A stretch of DNA of 49,366 bases from Polyangiales bacterium (lineage in GTDB: Bacteria; Myxococcota_A; Polyangia; Polyangiales; Houyiibacteriaceae), in NCBI GenBank assembly GCA_045106895.1, contig JBGCFM010000055.1, positions 1 to 49,366 on the forward strand. Direction: 5' to 3'. A program made the translations under genes and the position numbers. The notes under the pieces were generated by a model, which did no database searches, was not told the origin of the DNA, and saw nothing but the letters and a program-made list of their open reading frames with translations. Below, piece after piece: positions 37,848-47,525 of this stretch; position 1 is the stretch's first letter; each line of letters starts with the position of its first letter.

Positions 37848-39065
37848 ATGAAGAAACTTGCTTGTCTTATGGCTCTCCTCGGCGCCTGCACCGTCACCAC
37901 GAAGGATGGCCTCGAAGCGAATCCTGACTTCGCCGCCACGGATGATGTCGCCGCGGATGGCTTCGGCCCCTACCAAGGTCCTTTCGAGGTATGCGACGAC
38001 TCGTTCAGCGAGACCTTCGACAACAACCCGTACCACTTTTGGTCCTTCGAGACGGATGGCTGCGACGACGCCTTCATCGACTTGGCGAGCCGCGAAGGCG
38101 ACGACACATACCTTCTTCTCTACAAGCTTGAGCGAACTGGCTGGCGCGTCATCGATCGCAACGACGACTGCCGCGGCTCTTTGAACAGCTGCCTGGAGCG
38201 CCCTCTTGAGGCGGGTCGTTACCTCATCGGCGCTTCGACCTACGACTACATTCGTCGTGGTCGTCCCGCCGCCGCCACCTACCACCTCGACATCACCTGC
38301 CGCGACGAAGGTCACTGCGGGAGCAGCACCCTCGGTGAGGTCTGCGGCGGCAACAGCCGCGAGCCCCTCAACTGCGACGAAGGTCAGTTCTGCAACATCC
38401 CCGAGTCCAACATCTGCGGATGGGCTGACGGAACGGGCATCTGCGAGACGATCCCTGAGATCTGCACGCGCGAGTACGCACCTGTCTGCGGCTGCGACGG
38501 AGAGACTTACAGCAACGCCTGCACCGCCGCCGCTTCCGGCATCTCCGTTCAGCGTCAGGGTGCCTGCTCCACTCTCGGAAACGCTTGCGGTTCCCGTGGC
38601 CTCGCCCCGTGCGACGAAGGCCAGTTCTGCAACTTCCCCGTCGAGAACATGTGTGGCGCGACGGACCTCGGCGGCTCTTGCCAAGAGACCCCAGAGTTCT
38701 GCGGCGAGATCTACCAGCCCGTCTGTGGCTGTGACGGTCGCGAATACCCCAACGCTTGCGCAGCCGCTCAGCACAACATCTCCGTGGAGAGCGAGGGGCG
38801 CTGCGACGCTCCCGGCAATGGCGAAGGCGAAATCTGCGGCGGCATCGCTGGCTTCCTCTGCGAAGAGGGCCTCACCTGCGACATGAGCGCGAACTCCTTC
38901 TGCGGAGCCGACCTCGCCGGAACCTGCATTCGTCCCGAGCGCCGATTCTGTCCTCAGCACGCTCTCCCAGTGTGCGGCTGCGACGGAAACACCTACGTCA
39001 ACGACTGCTACCGCATCAACGCCGGCGTCCCGTTCAACCACGACGGCGCCTGCGAACGACGCTAA
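37848..39065 (+). CDS. Lipoprotein with a PPC-like domain and three Kazal-type domains
   Basis: Lipobox LGAC; DTYLLLY...NDD...LEAGRYLI (PPC-like); three PVCGCDG..Y.N.C motifs. Confidence 0.88.
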   Translation: MKKLACLMALLGACTVTTKDGLEANPDFAATDDVAADGFGPYQGPFEVCDDSFSETFDNNPYHFWSFETDGCDDAFIDLASREGDDTYLLLYKLERTGWRVIDRNDDCRGSLNSCLERPLEAGRYLIGASTYDYIRRGRPAAATYHLDITCRDEGHCGSSTLGEVCGGNSREPLNCDEGQFCNIPESNICGWADGTGICETIPEICTREYAPVCGCDGETYSNACTAAASGISVQRQGACSTLGNACGSRGLAPCDEGQFCNFPVENMCGATDLGGSCQETPEFCGEIYQPVCGCDGREYPNACAAAQHNISVESEGRCDAPGNGEGEICGGIAGFLCEEGLTCDMSANSFCGADLAGTCIRPERRFCPQHALPVCGCDGNTYVNDCYRINAGVPFNHDGACERR

Positions 39066-39104
39066 AACACTAGATTTCGCGCGATATGCGCGCTTTCTAC
39101 GCCG

Positions 39105-39132
39105 CGGCCTTCGTTCCTAGGGACGAGGGCCG
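39105..39132 (+). terminator. GC-rich hairpin after the Kazal gene, possible terminator
   Basis: CGGCCTTCGTTC...GGACGAGGGCCG stem with G-U pairs; weak U-tract (TTGTCGTT). Confidence 0.4.
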
Positions 39133-39244
39133 TTGTCGTTAAGCGTGTCTTTGGGCGCTTTGGCCCGAAAAACAAGAAAGCCTGAGGTTCGGGCGGCGCG
39201 GGGACCCAACCTGTGGAAAGGTCCACACCCTTGAGATTGAATCC

Positions 39245-40189
39245 ATGAGCGACATTCAGCGCAGCCGGATCCTCGGCACGGGTAGTTTCCTGCCCGCAAA
39301 TATACGAACGAACGCCGACCTCGAAAAGATGGTCGATACCAGTGATCAGTGGATCAAAGAGCGTACGGGCATCAGCCAACGTCACATTGCTGACGATTCG
39401 ATAAACACGAGCGACATGGCCGCCGAAGCTGCGAAGCGGGCGATGGAGGCTGCTGGTATCGGTCCAGACGACCTCGACATGATCATCGTCGGCACCGTCA
39501 CCGGCGACCACCCGATGCCCGCAACAGCGGTCTACGTTCAGCAGAAGATCGGCGCGTCGAAGTGCCCAGCTTTTGACATCTCCGCCGCATGCGCCGGGTT
39601 TGTCTACGGCGTCGACATCGCCGACAAGTTCATTCGCACCGGCGCGATGAAGCACATTCTTGTCATCGGCGTTGAGCTGCTCTCACGCGTCATCGACTGG
39701 ACGGACCGCACGACCTGCGTCCTCTTCGGTGATGGGGCCGGCGCCGCGATTCTCGGGCCGAGCCACAACGAGCACGGAGTGCTCTCCACCTGCATTCACT
39801 CCGATGGCTCCTTGGCGAACTCGCTGAAGATTCCCCACGGTGAAAAAGTGCAGATGATCGGTCGCGACATCTTCAAGGCCGCGGTGAAGAACCTCTTCTC
39901 ATCGAGCGATACCGCGGTGAAGGCGGCAGGCCTTCAGCACGAGGACATCGACTGGATCGTCCCGCACCAGGCGAACACACGCATCATCGATCAAGTCACC
40001 CGGCGCGCGAAGTACCCGAAAGAGCGAGTGCTCTCGAACATCGCGACGGTGGGAAATACGTCAAGCGCGTCGATTCCCATCCTTCTTGATCAGTCGATTC
40101 GAAACGGCACGATCAAAGAAGGCGACCGAGTTCTCATCACCGCCCTCGGCGCCGGTGTGAGCTGGGGCGCGGCCGTCTTCCTGATGTGA
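39245..40189 (+). CDS. fabH: Beta-ketoacyl-ACP synthase III
   Basis: DTSDQWIKERTGI; AACAGF (Cys); VLFGDGAGA; PHQAN (His); GNTSSASIP (Asn). Confidence 0.97.
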   Translation: MSDIQRSRILGTGSFLPANIRTNADLEKMVDTSDQWIKERTGISQRHIADDSINTSDMAAEAAKRAMEAAGIGPDDLDMIIVGTVTGDHPMPATAVYVQQKIGASKCPAFDISAACAGFVYGVDIADKFIRTGAMKHILVIGVELLSRVIDWTDRTTCVLFGDGAGAAILGPSHNEHGVLSTCIHSDGSLANSLKIPHGEKVQMIGRDIFKAAVKNLFSSSDTAVKAAGLQHEDIDWIVPHQANTRIIDQVTRRAKYPKERVLSNIATVGNTSSASIPILLDQSIRNGTIKEGDRVLITALGAGVSWGAAVFLM

Positions 40190-40211
40190 GTGGCGTGATG
40201 CCCGCGGCGCG

Positions 40212-41237
40212 TCAGCGTACGTAGAGCTCGAGGGCTTCGTTGGGGTCGGAGTTGACCCAGCGGGCTCTTCCTCGAAACCAGTGAAGCCCGGATCCGTTTC
40301 CGCACGCATGAAAGACGGCGGGGTAGGTGTCGGCCAGGGGGCTGCACCGGTAGCCGATGTTGTCCAAGAGCGGCCCGCGCCATGACGACGAATCACTGGG
40401 CCCGTCGGCGACGACCTCCAACATCTCAAAGGCGCGCAGGTTCACGATGGGCGGAGAGTCCGGCGAACTTGTCACAGAGCGAGTGTCCGGCTGTCCACTG
40501 GTTCGAATATGAACCTGCGTCGCGCCGAGAGCGAGCGGCGCTAGGTTGCCTCGGGATAAGTGGCGCGTCGTTCCGGGCGTCGGTTCACCCTCCACGCTGT
40601 CCCTGGGACCGGCGGAATCGCTGGACACCACGAGCGTCCAGCCGCCGCTCGAATAGTCCATGTCGCACCAGGCCCGAAAACTAGGATTCCCGCCGCTTCC
40701 ATCGGCGTCGATTTCATACGCGTCGGTGGTGAGCGCGGCGTCCCCGTCGAGGAGGTCCAAACAGCTGGTCGCGAATCGGCATCGGCCGTCGTCGGCTTCG
40801 CAGTGACGTGACTCGCAGTCAGCGCCGACGCTACACGTCGCGCCGAGGGCGCAAACGCCGCATGACCCGCCACAGTCGATGTCGGTCTCGTCGCCGTTCG
40901 TTCGACCATCGTCGCAGCTCGGGCCGACATCGACGGGTGCGTCGACTCCGACATCGACGGGTGCGTCGACGTTGGCGTCTTCCGGTGGGGCGTCCACGCC
41001 AGCGTCTTCGGGCGCATCGACGCCGGCATCCACGGCGCCGGCATCCGCGGCGCTGGCATCCGGCGCGCCGGCGTCTCCTGGTGCGGGCGTGTCCGCCTGA
41101 GCGTCTGCACCTTGGAATGGACCCGAGTCCCCAACGTCCGCTCTTTCCGCATCCGGTGGGCTTGAATCCGATGAGCCCAGACCGGTGTGGTCGATGCTGC
41201 AAGCGGCGAGCGCGCAAAGGAGGAAAACACTGCGCAT
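40212..41237 (-). CDS. Lipoprotein with DAG-rich linker, Cys-rich repeat and fibrinogen-like C-terminal domain
   Basis: Lipobox LAAC; NGDETDIDCGG.C..C; SCLD...YEID.DG....F.AWCDM....GGWTLV. Confidence 0.8.
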   Translation of the reverse strand: MRSVFLLCALAACSIDHTGLGSSDSSPPDAERADVGDSGPFQGADAQADTPAPGDAGAPDASAADAGAVDAGVDAPEDAGVDAPPEDANVDAPVDVGVDAPVDVGPSCDDGRTNGDETDIDCGGSCGVCALGATCSVGADCESRHCEADDGRCRFATSCLDLLDGDAALTTDAYEIDADGSGGNPSFRAWCDMDYSSGGWTLVVSSDSAGPRDSVEGEPTPGTTRHLSRGNLAPLALGATQVHIRTSGQPDTRSVTSSPDSPPIVNLRAFEMLEVVADGPSDSSSWRGPLLDNIGYRCSPLADTYPAVFHACGNGSGLHWFRGRARWVNSDPNEALELYVR

Positions 41238-41335
41238 TGCAGTCATAGTAGCGCAAAACTCGTTGTTCTCAGTGAACCAACCCAAAAAAGGTAAATCTCG
41301 CTTGCGATGGGCCATGAGCTGGGCACTCTTCTTTC

Positions 41336-42685
41336 GTGACGGTCCACATTCCGCGGCGAAGGTTTGTCCATGGTGGGCTCGCGGGGCTAGCTGCGCTTGT
41401 CGGGTGTCCGATGACGCCGAGCTCCGGCCCGGACGTAGGCGCCACGCGAGATGCCGCGCCGCGGGATGCGCCACCCTTCGACGCAGCGCAGCCTGACGCC
41501 GGACACGACGCCCCAAGGCGAGACGCAGGGTCGGACGCAGCGGACGCCGCGGACGCCCGTGACCCCTTGAGGGACCCGCTCTTTCGCCCGCGGAACCTAC
41601 CGGGACGTCCACCGCTTCGCTCACTGATAGGCGAAGTCGGTGAGCTTGGTGGCGGAGACGAACTCGGCCTCCGACTGCCCCCCGGCTTTCAAGCCCGCGT
41701 GCTCGCCCGTTCGGGACAGCCGGTTTCTGGGACTTCCTTTGTCTGGCCGAGTGACCCCGACGGCGGCGCGACCTTCGTCACGGAAGATGGCGGCTGGATC
41801 TACGTCGCCAACTCCGAACCGTTCTTTGACGGCGGCGCGAGCGCTCTGCGCTTCGACTCCGAAGGAGCCCTCATCGACGCGTACTCATTGCTTCGCGGAA
41901 CCGCGATGAACTGCTCGGGCGGAGCGACGCCCTGGCACACTTGGCTCTCTTGCGAGGAGGTCACGCGCGGGCAGGTGTTCGAGTGCGATCCATGGGGAGA
42001 GCAACCTGCGACGATCAGGCCGGCGCTCGGCACCTTTCGTCACGAAGCCATCGCCATCGACCCGGTGCGTGGGCATCTCTATTTGACCGAGGATGAACTC
42101 GACGGCGCGCTCTACCGCTTTGTTCCGGATGGGGTCACGGAGCACGGGTTCCCAGAGATTCGCCGTGGTCGCCTTGAATGTGCTGTCGTGAGCTCCGGCG
42201 GACGAGTCGCGTGGAGCGAAGTGCCCGACCCACAGTTTTTTGGGAGCGTCCCTACGCGCTACCAGGTGCCGGAGGCGTTTGCATTCAACGGCGGCGAGGG
42301 CATCTACCATCACGAGGGCTTGGTGCACTTCAGCACCAAGGGAGACAACCGCGTCTGGACCTATGACATTGGGCGCTCGCGCCTGACCATTCTCTACGAC
42401 GGAAACGCTCACGTCGAGCCGCCGATTCAAGGAGCCGACGCCATCGTCGTCTCCTGTTGCGGGGATGTCCTCGTCGCAGAAGACCTCGGAACGATGCAGG
42501 TCGCCGCGGTCCTCCCCGACGGACGAATCACCGCACTCATCCAAGTGCTGGGGCAGGACTCGTCGGAGGTGACGGGCATCGCCTTCGACCCGAGCGGTAC
42601 GCGGCTCTACTTTAGCTCGCAGCGAGGAGACCTCGGTGAGGGCATCACGTATGAGGTCCGCGGCCCGTTTCACGAGCCGGCTTAG
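41336..42685 (+). CDS. phoX: PhoX-like (DUF839) alkaline phosphatase, Tat-exported
   Basis: RRRF Tat motif; PDGG..F, YVANSE, NCSGGATPWHTWLSCEE, FRHEA, YLTED, SSEVTG.AF.PSG.RLYFSSQRG. Confidence 0.88.
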   Translation: MTVHIPRRRFVHGGLAGLAALVGCPMTPSSGPDVGATRDAAPRDAPPFDAAQPDAGHDAPRRDAGSDAADAADARDPLRDPLFRPRNLPGRPPLRSLIGEVGELGGGDELGLRLPPGFQARVLARSGQPVSGTSFVWPSDPDGGATFVTEDGGWIYVANSEPFFDGGASALRFDSEGALIDAYSLLRGTAMNCSGGATPWHTWLSCEEVTRGQVFECDPWGEQPATIRPALGTFRHEAIAIDPVRGHLYLTEDELDGALYRFVPDGVTEHGFPEIRRGRLECAVVSSGGRVAWSEVPDPQFFGSVPTRYQVPEAFAFNGGEGIYHHEGLVHFSTKGDNRVWTYDIGRSRLTILYDGNAHVEPPIQGADAIVVSCCGDVLVAEDLGTMQVAAVLPDGRITALIQVLGQDSSEVTGIAFDPSGTRLYFSSQRGDLGEGITYEVRGPFHEPA

Positions 42686-42688
42686 CTT

Positions 42689-44284
42689 CTACCAACGAGG
42701 CACGGGTACATGTTGTGGGACGTGGGTGTCGGGCCCGTCAGCGCCAAGTTCGCGCCTCTGGTTTGAGCCCCAGCAATAGACGTGGCCACCCTCCCGGACG
42801 CCGCAGGAGGCGCGTTCGCCAACGGAGACGTCTATCCAGTCGCTCTCCGCGCCGACTTGGACGCGCTCTTCAAAAGAGACGACTCCTCGCGCTTCCACGC
42901 CGAGCATCCCAAAGTCAGACGCACCCCAACACCACAGCGTTCCATCCACGCGGATGCCGCAGCGGTGCTCGCCCGTCGCTTCACTGGAACGCTCGGCGAT
43001 GGCGATGTGTCGCCAGCCTCCGCCGAGCTCTTGAGGGGTGTGCGCACCCCAGCAGCGGAGAGCCCCGTCGACGTCGACGACGCAGAGCCCGTTCGCGCTG
43101 AGTGCTACGTCCGCGACGGATTGGCGTGGGAGCTCTACGCCCGCGAAATCGAAGTCGCTCGGACCCGTCAAAAGCTCCAGACGTTCGGCGCCGAGGGCAG
43201 CAATCATGCCCGGGGCGGCAAAGAGCTGTGTCCATCCACTCGGCGTCTCGCCTCGCGCGTAGCGTTGCGCGGGGAAGACGGGATCATCATCGTCGTCGTG
43301 GGGCGGCACGCGTCCCGAGCAGAAGAGCTCGCCGCCGGCGAGGCTGCAGACGAAGTCTCCTGCGGTCTCGACGGCAGTCGAGGGCGGGAAGCTCGTCAGT
43401 TCAACCTGACAGCAGCGAGCGCCGCCAGGATCCGACAGCTCTTGAAGGGCCGAGTCTTCGCCAGCGCAGCGCAGCGCGCCACCTGCGAGGAGCATGCAGG
43501 TCAAGCCTTCCGATGCTGCGATGTCCAGGACGACTTCGGGCTCTTCATCCGCTTCGAGGAGGGTGGCGCGCCCATCGGGGGTCACCACGCGACTGGCGTG
43601 CTGAAACAGGGGTGACTCCGCGCTCATCTGACTCCAGCAGAAGGCTTCGCCTCCCGCGAGGGCGCAGGTGCCGCTCGTCCCGTGTTCAAGCTCTTCGACT
43701 CCGATGTCGTCTTCCGGCGGACACGCAACGGGAGCGCTTGGCTCCGTCCCTGAATCGACTGGCTCCGGCGTGAGGCACGCGCTTCGGCATGCGGCGGCGC
43801 CATCGAGAGCAGCGCAGGTGTCGTGGCTGCCGCACGCCACGCTTGGGTCATAGTTCAGGGACGGCGCCCTGTCCGATGGGTCCTGGCATCGCGCCTGAAA
43901 CTCCACGCGCACTTCGCGGCGTTCGTCTTGCTCAAAGCCGCTGCGCACGCGGGCCCAGCTGATGCGTGCCCCGGTGGGCGAGAGCAGCTCCGCGAAGACC
44001 GTGAAGCGACGGGCCCCATCGTCTTCTTCTGGCTCGACGGGAAGCGTGACCCCTTCCTCGAAGTCAAACATGCCCAGGGTTTCGCCGGACTCGTACTGGC
44101 GCACACCGCTCGCGTAGCCGATGACGCGGAGCAGCGCGCCTTCAGGAACACGGAGCTCGGGCGAAGTTGAAAAACGAACCAGCGTACGCGTTGGCGTTGT
44201 GTCCGCGCAGGCGAGCCCGTGCACGCAGAGGAGTAGGAACGCGAAACGGCGAAGCACGACGAACCCTATCGCGTGTTCACGCAT
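42689..44284 (-). CDS. RCC1/BLIP-II repeat lipoprotein
   Basis: Lipobox GLAC; repeats HRCGIRVDGTLWCWG..DFG.LG and SCGVREGGHVYCWGSN. Start at 44284 or GTG 44257. Confidence 0.82.
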   Translation of the reverse strand: MREHAIGFVVLRRFAFLLLCVHGLACADTTPTRTLVRFSTSPELRVPEGALLRVIGYASGVRQYESGETLGMFDFEEGVTLPVEPEEDDGARRFTVFAELLSPTGARISWARVRSGFEQDERREVRVEFQARCQDPSDRAPSLNYDPSVACGSHDTCAALDGAAACRSACLTPEPVDSGTEPSAPVACPPEDDIGVEELEHGTSGTCALAGGEAFCWSQMSAESPLFQHASRVVTPDGRATLLEADEEPEVVLDIAASEGLTCMLLAGGALRCAGEDSALQELSDPGGARCCQVELTSFPPSTAVETAGDFVCSLAGGELFCSGRVPPHDDDDDPVFPAQRYARGETPSGWTQLFAAPGMIAALGAERLELLTGPSDFDFAGVELPRQSVADVALSANGLCVVDVDGALRCWGAHTPQELGGGWRHIAIAERSSEATGEHRCGIRVDGTLWCWGASDFGMLGVEARGVVSFEERVQVGAESDWIDVSVGERASCGVREGGHVYCWGSNQRRELGADGPDTHVPQHVPVPRW

Positions 44285-44390
44285 CAGCAATCCGTCGTTT
44301 CGAGCCTCGCGACAGGAATCGTATGTCTGTGTTGGCCCGTGTTGGCACATCCCATCGCGGCTCCCGACTTGGTTTGCTTCCCGCGAGGCG

Positions 44391-44406
44391 TGGCACGACG
44401 TTCGCA
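44391..44406 (+). promoter_or_regulatory. Possible sigma-54 promoter
   Basis: TGGCACGACGTTCGCA: perfect -24 box TGGCACG, GG-N10-GC spacing, imperfect -12 (TCGC). Confidence 0.4.
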
Positions 44407-44417
44407 GGAGTCGGTGC

Positions 44418-45020
44418 ATGCGATTGTTCACCCTCATGTTTCTCTCCGTTGCTTCATTGGCGCAGGTGCAGGCGCAGGAGTTCGTCGACCAGACAGCACG
44501 CTCAGAGCCCCAGACGGCTTCGCCCAGCGCCCACCCGAACCCTTGGGGGGCGCGCTTCGCCGTCGAAGCGCAGGTGGGTATGTTCGGACCGGTGGGTGGT
44601 TTGGGCGCCGCTTTTGAGTATGCGCCAAACGAGTACATCGCGCTCTCCGTCGGCGCCGGCGCTGCAGTCTCCGGGTGGCGGGCCGCGGCGGGGATACGTG
44701 CTGGATTGCCCGTGTTGCCACGCCTCGCACTTGGTCTTGAGGCTTGGTATTCGCTTGGGCCTCACCGTGATCCGCTCTCTGGCTTTGGTCATCGCGGCAC
44801 GACCAGTTCCTGGAAGCTGTCTCACCATGGGCGCCTTGGAATCTCTATGGAGTACCGATCCTTCACGGGGTTTCGCGTCCGTCCAACGATCGGCGCGGCG
44901 TTTCTGGCGGCGGAATCTGGTTTCCGTTGTTCGGCGACACCTTGCGACGCCACTGAACCAAGACGGCGTGTGTTCCCCTATCTGGGGCTCTCGATCGGAT
45001 ACGCAGTGGTGCCCCGCTAA
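44418..45020 (+). CDS. Hypothetical secreted protein, small outer-membrane beta-barrel-like
   Basis: Signal peptide ending VQA; alternating amphipathic strands; terminal PYLGLSIGYA; AGGAG upstream. Confidence 0.7.
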   Translation: MRLFTLMFLSVASLAQVQAQEFVDQTARSEPQTASPSAHPNPWGARFAVEAQVGMFGPVGGLGAAFEYAPNEYIALSVGAGAAVSGWRAAAGIRAGLPVLPRLALGLEAWYSLGPHRDPLSGFGHRGTTSSWKLSHHGRLGISMEYRSFTGFRVRPTIGAAFLAAESGFRCSATPCDATEPRRRVFPYLGLSIGYAVVPR

Positions 45021-45064
45021 CGCATCCATCAGCGTCGCGCCTCGCGCAATGCTACAAACGTAAG

Positions 45065-46804
45065 ATGCGGCGCGGACTTTCTCTTCTCTTCGTTCTGATC
45101 ATCGCGTGTGGTGACGACGCGACTCTCCCCATCGGCGACGCCTCGACGGCGCCGGACGTGTCCGCGGACGCCGCTTTGGACAGCGCCACCGATGCTGAGC
45201 CGAGGGACGCGCAGGCGGACGCTCCGGACCCGGTGGCTTCCGTCTACGATCCGGAGCGCGTTCTCGAAGTCTCCATCACCCTGCCACCGGCAAGCTGGGA
45301 CTCCTTGCGCAATCAATCGCGCAGCTTGGTCCAGACGCTCAGCGGCGACTGTTTGGACGCACCCTTCGACCAGCCTTTCTCATGGTTCGAGGGCTCAGTG
45401 ACCATCGATGGCGAGGAGTTCGCGCGCGTCGACGTTCGCAAGAAGGGCTTCATCGGGAGCCTCTCGACGGAGCGACCGGGCCTCAAGCTGGACCTGAGCG
45501 AGTACGTCGAAGGCCAGCGTTACTCTGGCGTGCGTCGCTTCACGCTCAATAACTCCGTCAGCGACCCGTCGGTGATTCGCCAGTGCCTTGGATACGCGCT
45601 CTTCGCGCAGGCGGGAATCCCTTCGCCGCGCTGCAACTTCGCGCACGTGACGGTGAACGGCGAAGACCTCGGGCTTTACGTAAACGTCGAAGCGATCAAG
45701 GGAGACTTTCTCGAGGCCGGCTTCGGAAATCGCGATGGGAACTTCTACGAAGGAACGCTCAGCGACTTTACGCCGGAGATGGCCACGACCTTCGAGCCGA
45801 AGAACAACGAGGAGGTCACCGAACGAACGGACATCATGCCCGTCGTCCGCGCACTGGAGATCGAAGACGACGCGACGATGCTCAGCGCGCTCGAGGCGCT
45901 CGTGGACATCGACGCATTCATCAACTTCTGGGCGATGGAGACGCTGACGGAACATACCGACGGCTACAACGCCAATCGGAACAACTACTACGTCTACTTT
46001 GACGAAGCCGATGGGCTGATGCGCTTTGTGCCGTGGGGAATCGACAGCATTCTCGGCGGCGCCACGGTGGCACAGAACCTACGCGAGAGCGTGTACGCGC
46101 GGGCTGCTCTGAGTCATCGCCTCTACCAGCTGCCTTCGGTTCGCGCTCGCTACTTTGCGCGCCTCGACGTGCTGCTCGACACGCTCTGGGATGAGACCGC
46201 CATCGACGCAGAGATTCAACGCATGCGCGACCTTGTGCGACCTTTCGCCGAAGGCGAGGTCCTCGCTCGCATGACGCGATCGACGGACGAGCTGCGCAGC
46301 GCCGTCGTGAATCGTCGTGCGTCCATTGAGGTTGAACGAGGGCCCGAAGACCCAGACGTGGGCGATGCCGAGCCAGCCTTCGCGTGTTTCATGGATCAAG
46401 GCAGCGTGATGGGCACCTTCGAGACGACGTGGGGAACGCTCGACATGAACAGCTTCAGCAGTCCCGCGACGCTCGAGCTCGTCATCGCCGGCGAGACGCT
46501 CACTTTCAATACGTATGGCTCGGCGGCTGGCATCGGCGACCAGGGCGCGACGTTGCTCCTCCTCGGAAACCAGGGAGCTGGACGCACCTGGGTGCTGAGC
46601 ATTAGCCCACCGAGGCCGCTCTTTACGCCGGGCACCGTGGACCTCGACGCCATCGGCGTGACGGGGTTTGTGGGCACGCTGGACTTCGGTGCGTTCAACC
46701 TCTTCGGCTTCTTCAGCGGAGAGGTCGTGTTTAGCGAGGCAGGTTCAAGCGCAGGCGCCGCCGTCGTCGGTACTCTTGATGGAAGCGTTTACACCGGGCT
46801 CTGA
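45065..46804 (+). CDS. CotH kinase family lipoprotein
   Basis: Lipobox IIAC; VRKKG, LNN...DPS, VNGEDLGLYVNVE, DGY...NNYYVY, PWGID. Confidence 0.88.
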   Translation: MRRGLSLLFVLIIACGDDATLPIGDASTAPDVSADAALDSATDAEPRDAQADAPDPVASVYDPERVLEVSITLPPASWDSLRNQSRSLVQTLSGDCLDAPFDQPFSWFEGSVTIDGEEFARVDVRKKGFIGSLSTERPGLKLDLSEYVEGQRYSGVRRFTLNNSVSDPSVIRQCLGYALFAQAGIPSPRCNFAHVTVNGEDLGLYVNVEAIKGDFLEAGFGNRDGNFYEGTLSDFTPEMATTFEPKNNEEVTERTDIMPVVRALEIEDDATMLSALEALVDIDAFINFWAMETLTEHTDGYNANRNNYYVYFDEADGLMRFVPWGIDSILGGATVAQNLRESVYARAALSHRLYQLPSVRARYFARLDVLLDTLWDETAIDAEIQRMRDLVRPFAEGEVLARMTRSTDELRSAVVNRRASIEVERGPEDPDVGDAEPAFACFMDQGSVMGTFETTWGTLDMNSFSSPATLELVIAGETLTFNTYGSAAGIGDQGATLLLLGNQGAGRTWVLSISPPRPLFTPGTVDLDAIGVTGFVGTLDFGAFNLFGFFSGEVVFSEAGSSAGAAVVGTLDGSVYTGL

Positions 46805-46817
46805 GGCACCCGTCCAG

Positions 46818-47453
46818 ATGTTGAAACAACTCTTCGGACTCCTTCGCCGGCCAGAACCCGCGAGGACACTCATTCGCGACCTGCGCGCGGGGGAGTTCTT
46901 TTCCGTCGAAGGTCTCGCGGTGGCCATCGGCGAGCCCATCGTCGCTCCCCTCTCGGGCCGGCCCTGTGCGTCTCTCTCGGTGTTCTACAACTCCGAGTTT
47001 GCGGGCCAGCGCGGCGGATGGCCAAAGTTCTCGTCGAAGAAGTTCGTGTCCCGTCAAGCGTTCTACCTACGGGACGAGTCAGGGGTCGTTCGCGTCGAAC
47101 GTAGCGACAAAGCGTACCTCGTCGGCCTGCCATTTCCGGAAGCGCCGGCGCGCGATGAAGAGCGCGCGCGGCGATGGGACTCCTTCTGCGCTAGCTTCGA
47201 CTCCGAGACCGCGGAAGAGGAGCGGCTTGTGGGGGAGCTCAAGCGTTCCATTGGCAAGCAGTATCTCGACGGATGGGAGGTCGCCATTCCCGAGGGAGCG
47301 CACGTACGCGTGGAAGGCGTTGCGCAGGCAACGGCCACGCCGGCGCCCACCGGAAAGGCCGCGGGATACCGAGAGGCGCCCACGCTCTTTGCGTTGGTCG
47401 GCGAAGCGTCGAGGACGATGCGGATTACCCAGCTAGGTAGCGCGGTCGCGTAG
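46818..47453 (+). CDS. GIDE-like domain protein with C-terminal GYR motif
   Basis: APLSGRPC, FYLRDESGVVRV, E.AI.EG..V.VEG, GYREAP. Confidence 0.6.
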   Translation: MLKQLFGLLRRPEPARTLIRDLRAGEFFSVEGLAVAIGEPIVAPLSGRPCASLSVFYNSEFAGQRGGWPKFSSKKFVSRQAFYLRDESGVVRVERSDKAYLVGLPFPEAPARDEERARRWDSFCASFDSETAEEERLVGELKRSIGKQYLDGWEVAIPEGAHVRVEGVAQATATPAPTGKAAGYREAPTLFALVGEASRTMRITQLGSAVA

Positions 47454-47525
47454 AGACAGCACCCCGCCGAAGGTCGTGCCGCACTTGTCTCACTTGCACG
47501 CGCCAGTCCGCGCCAACTGGAACGC

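Noticed and set aside
37818..39041. Long antisense ORFs (also 13266-14546, 27638-28924, 11925-12893, 20575-21657)
   Set aside because: These are shadows of high-GC3 genes on the opposite strand, with no motifs of their own.
39066..39244. ncRNA in the gap before fabH
   Set aside because: Only a terminator-like hairpin and short stems are visible, with no recognisable RNA family.
40924..40970. 24-bp tandem duplication
   Set aside because: It encodes VDAPVDVG twice within a low-complexity linker, an ordinary linker expansion.
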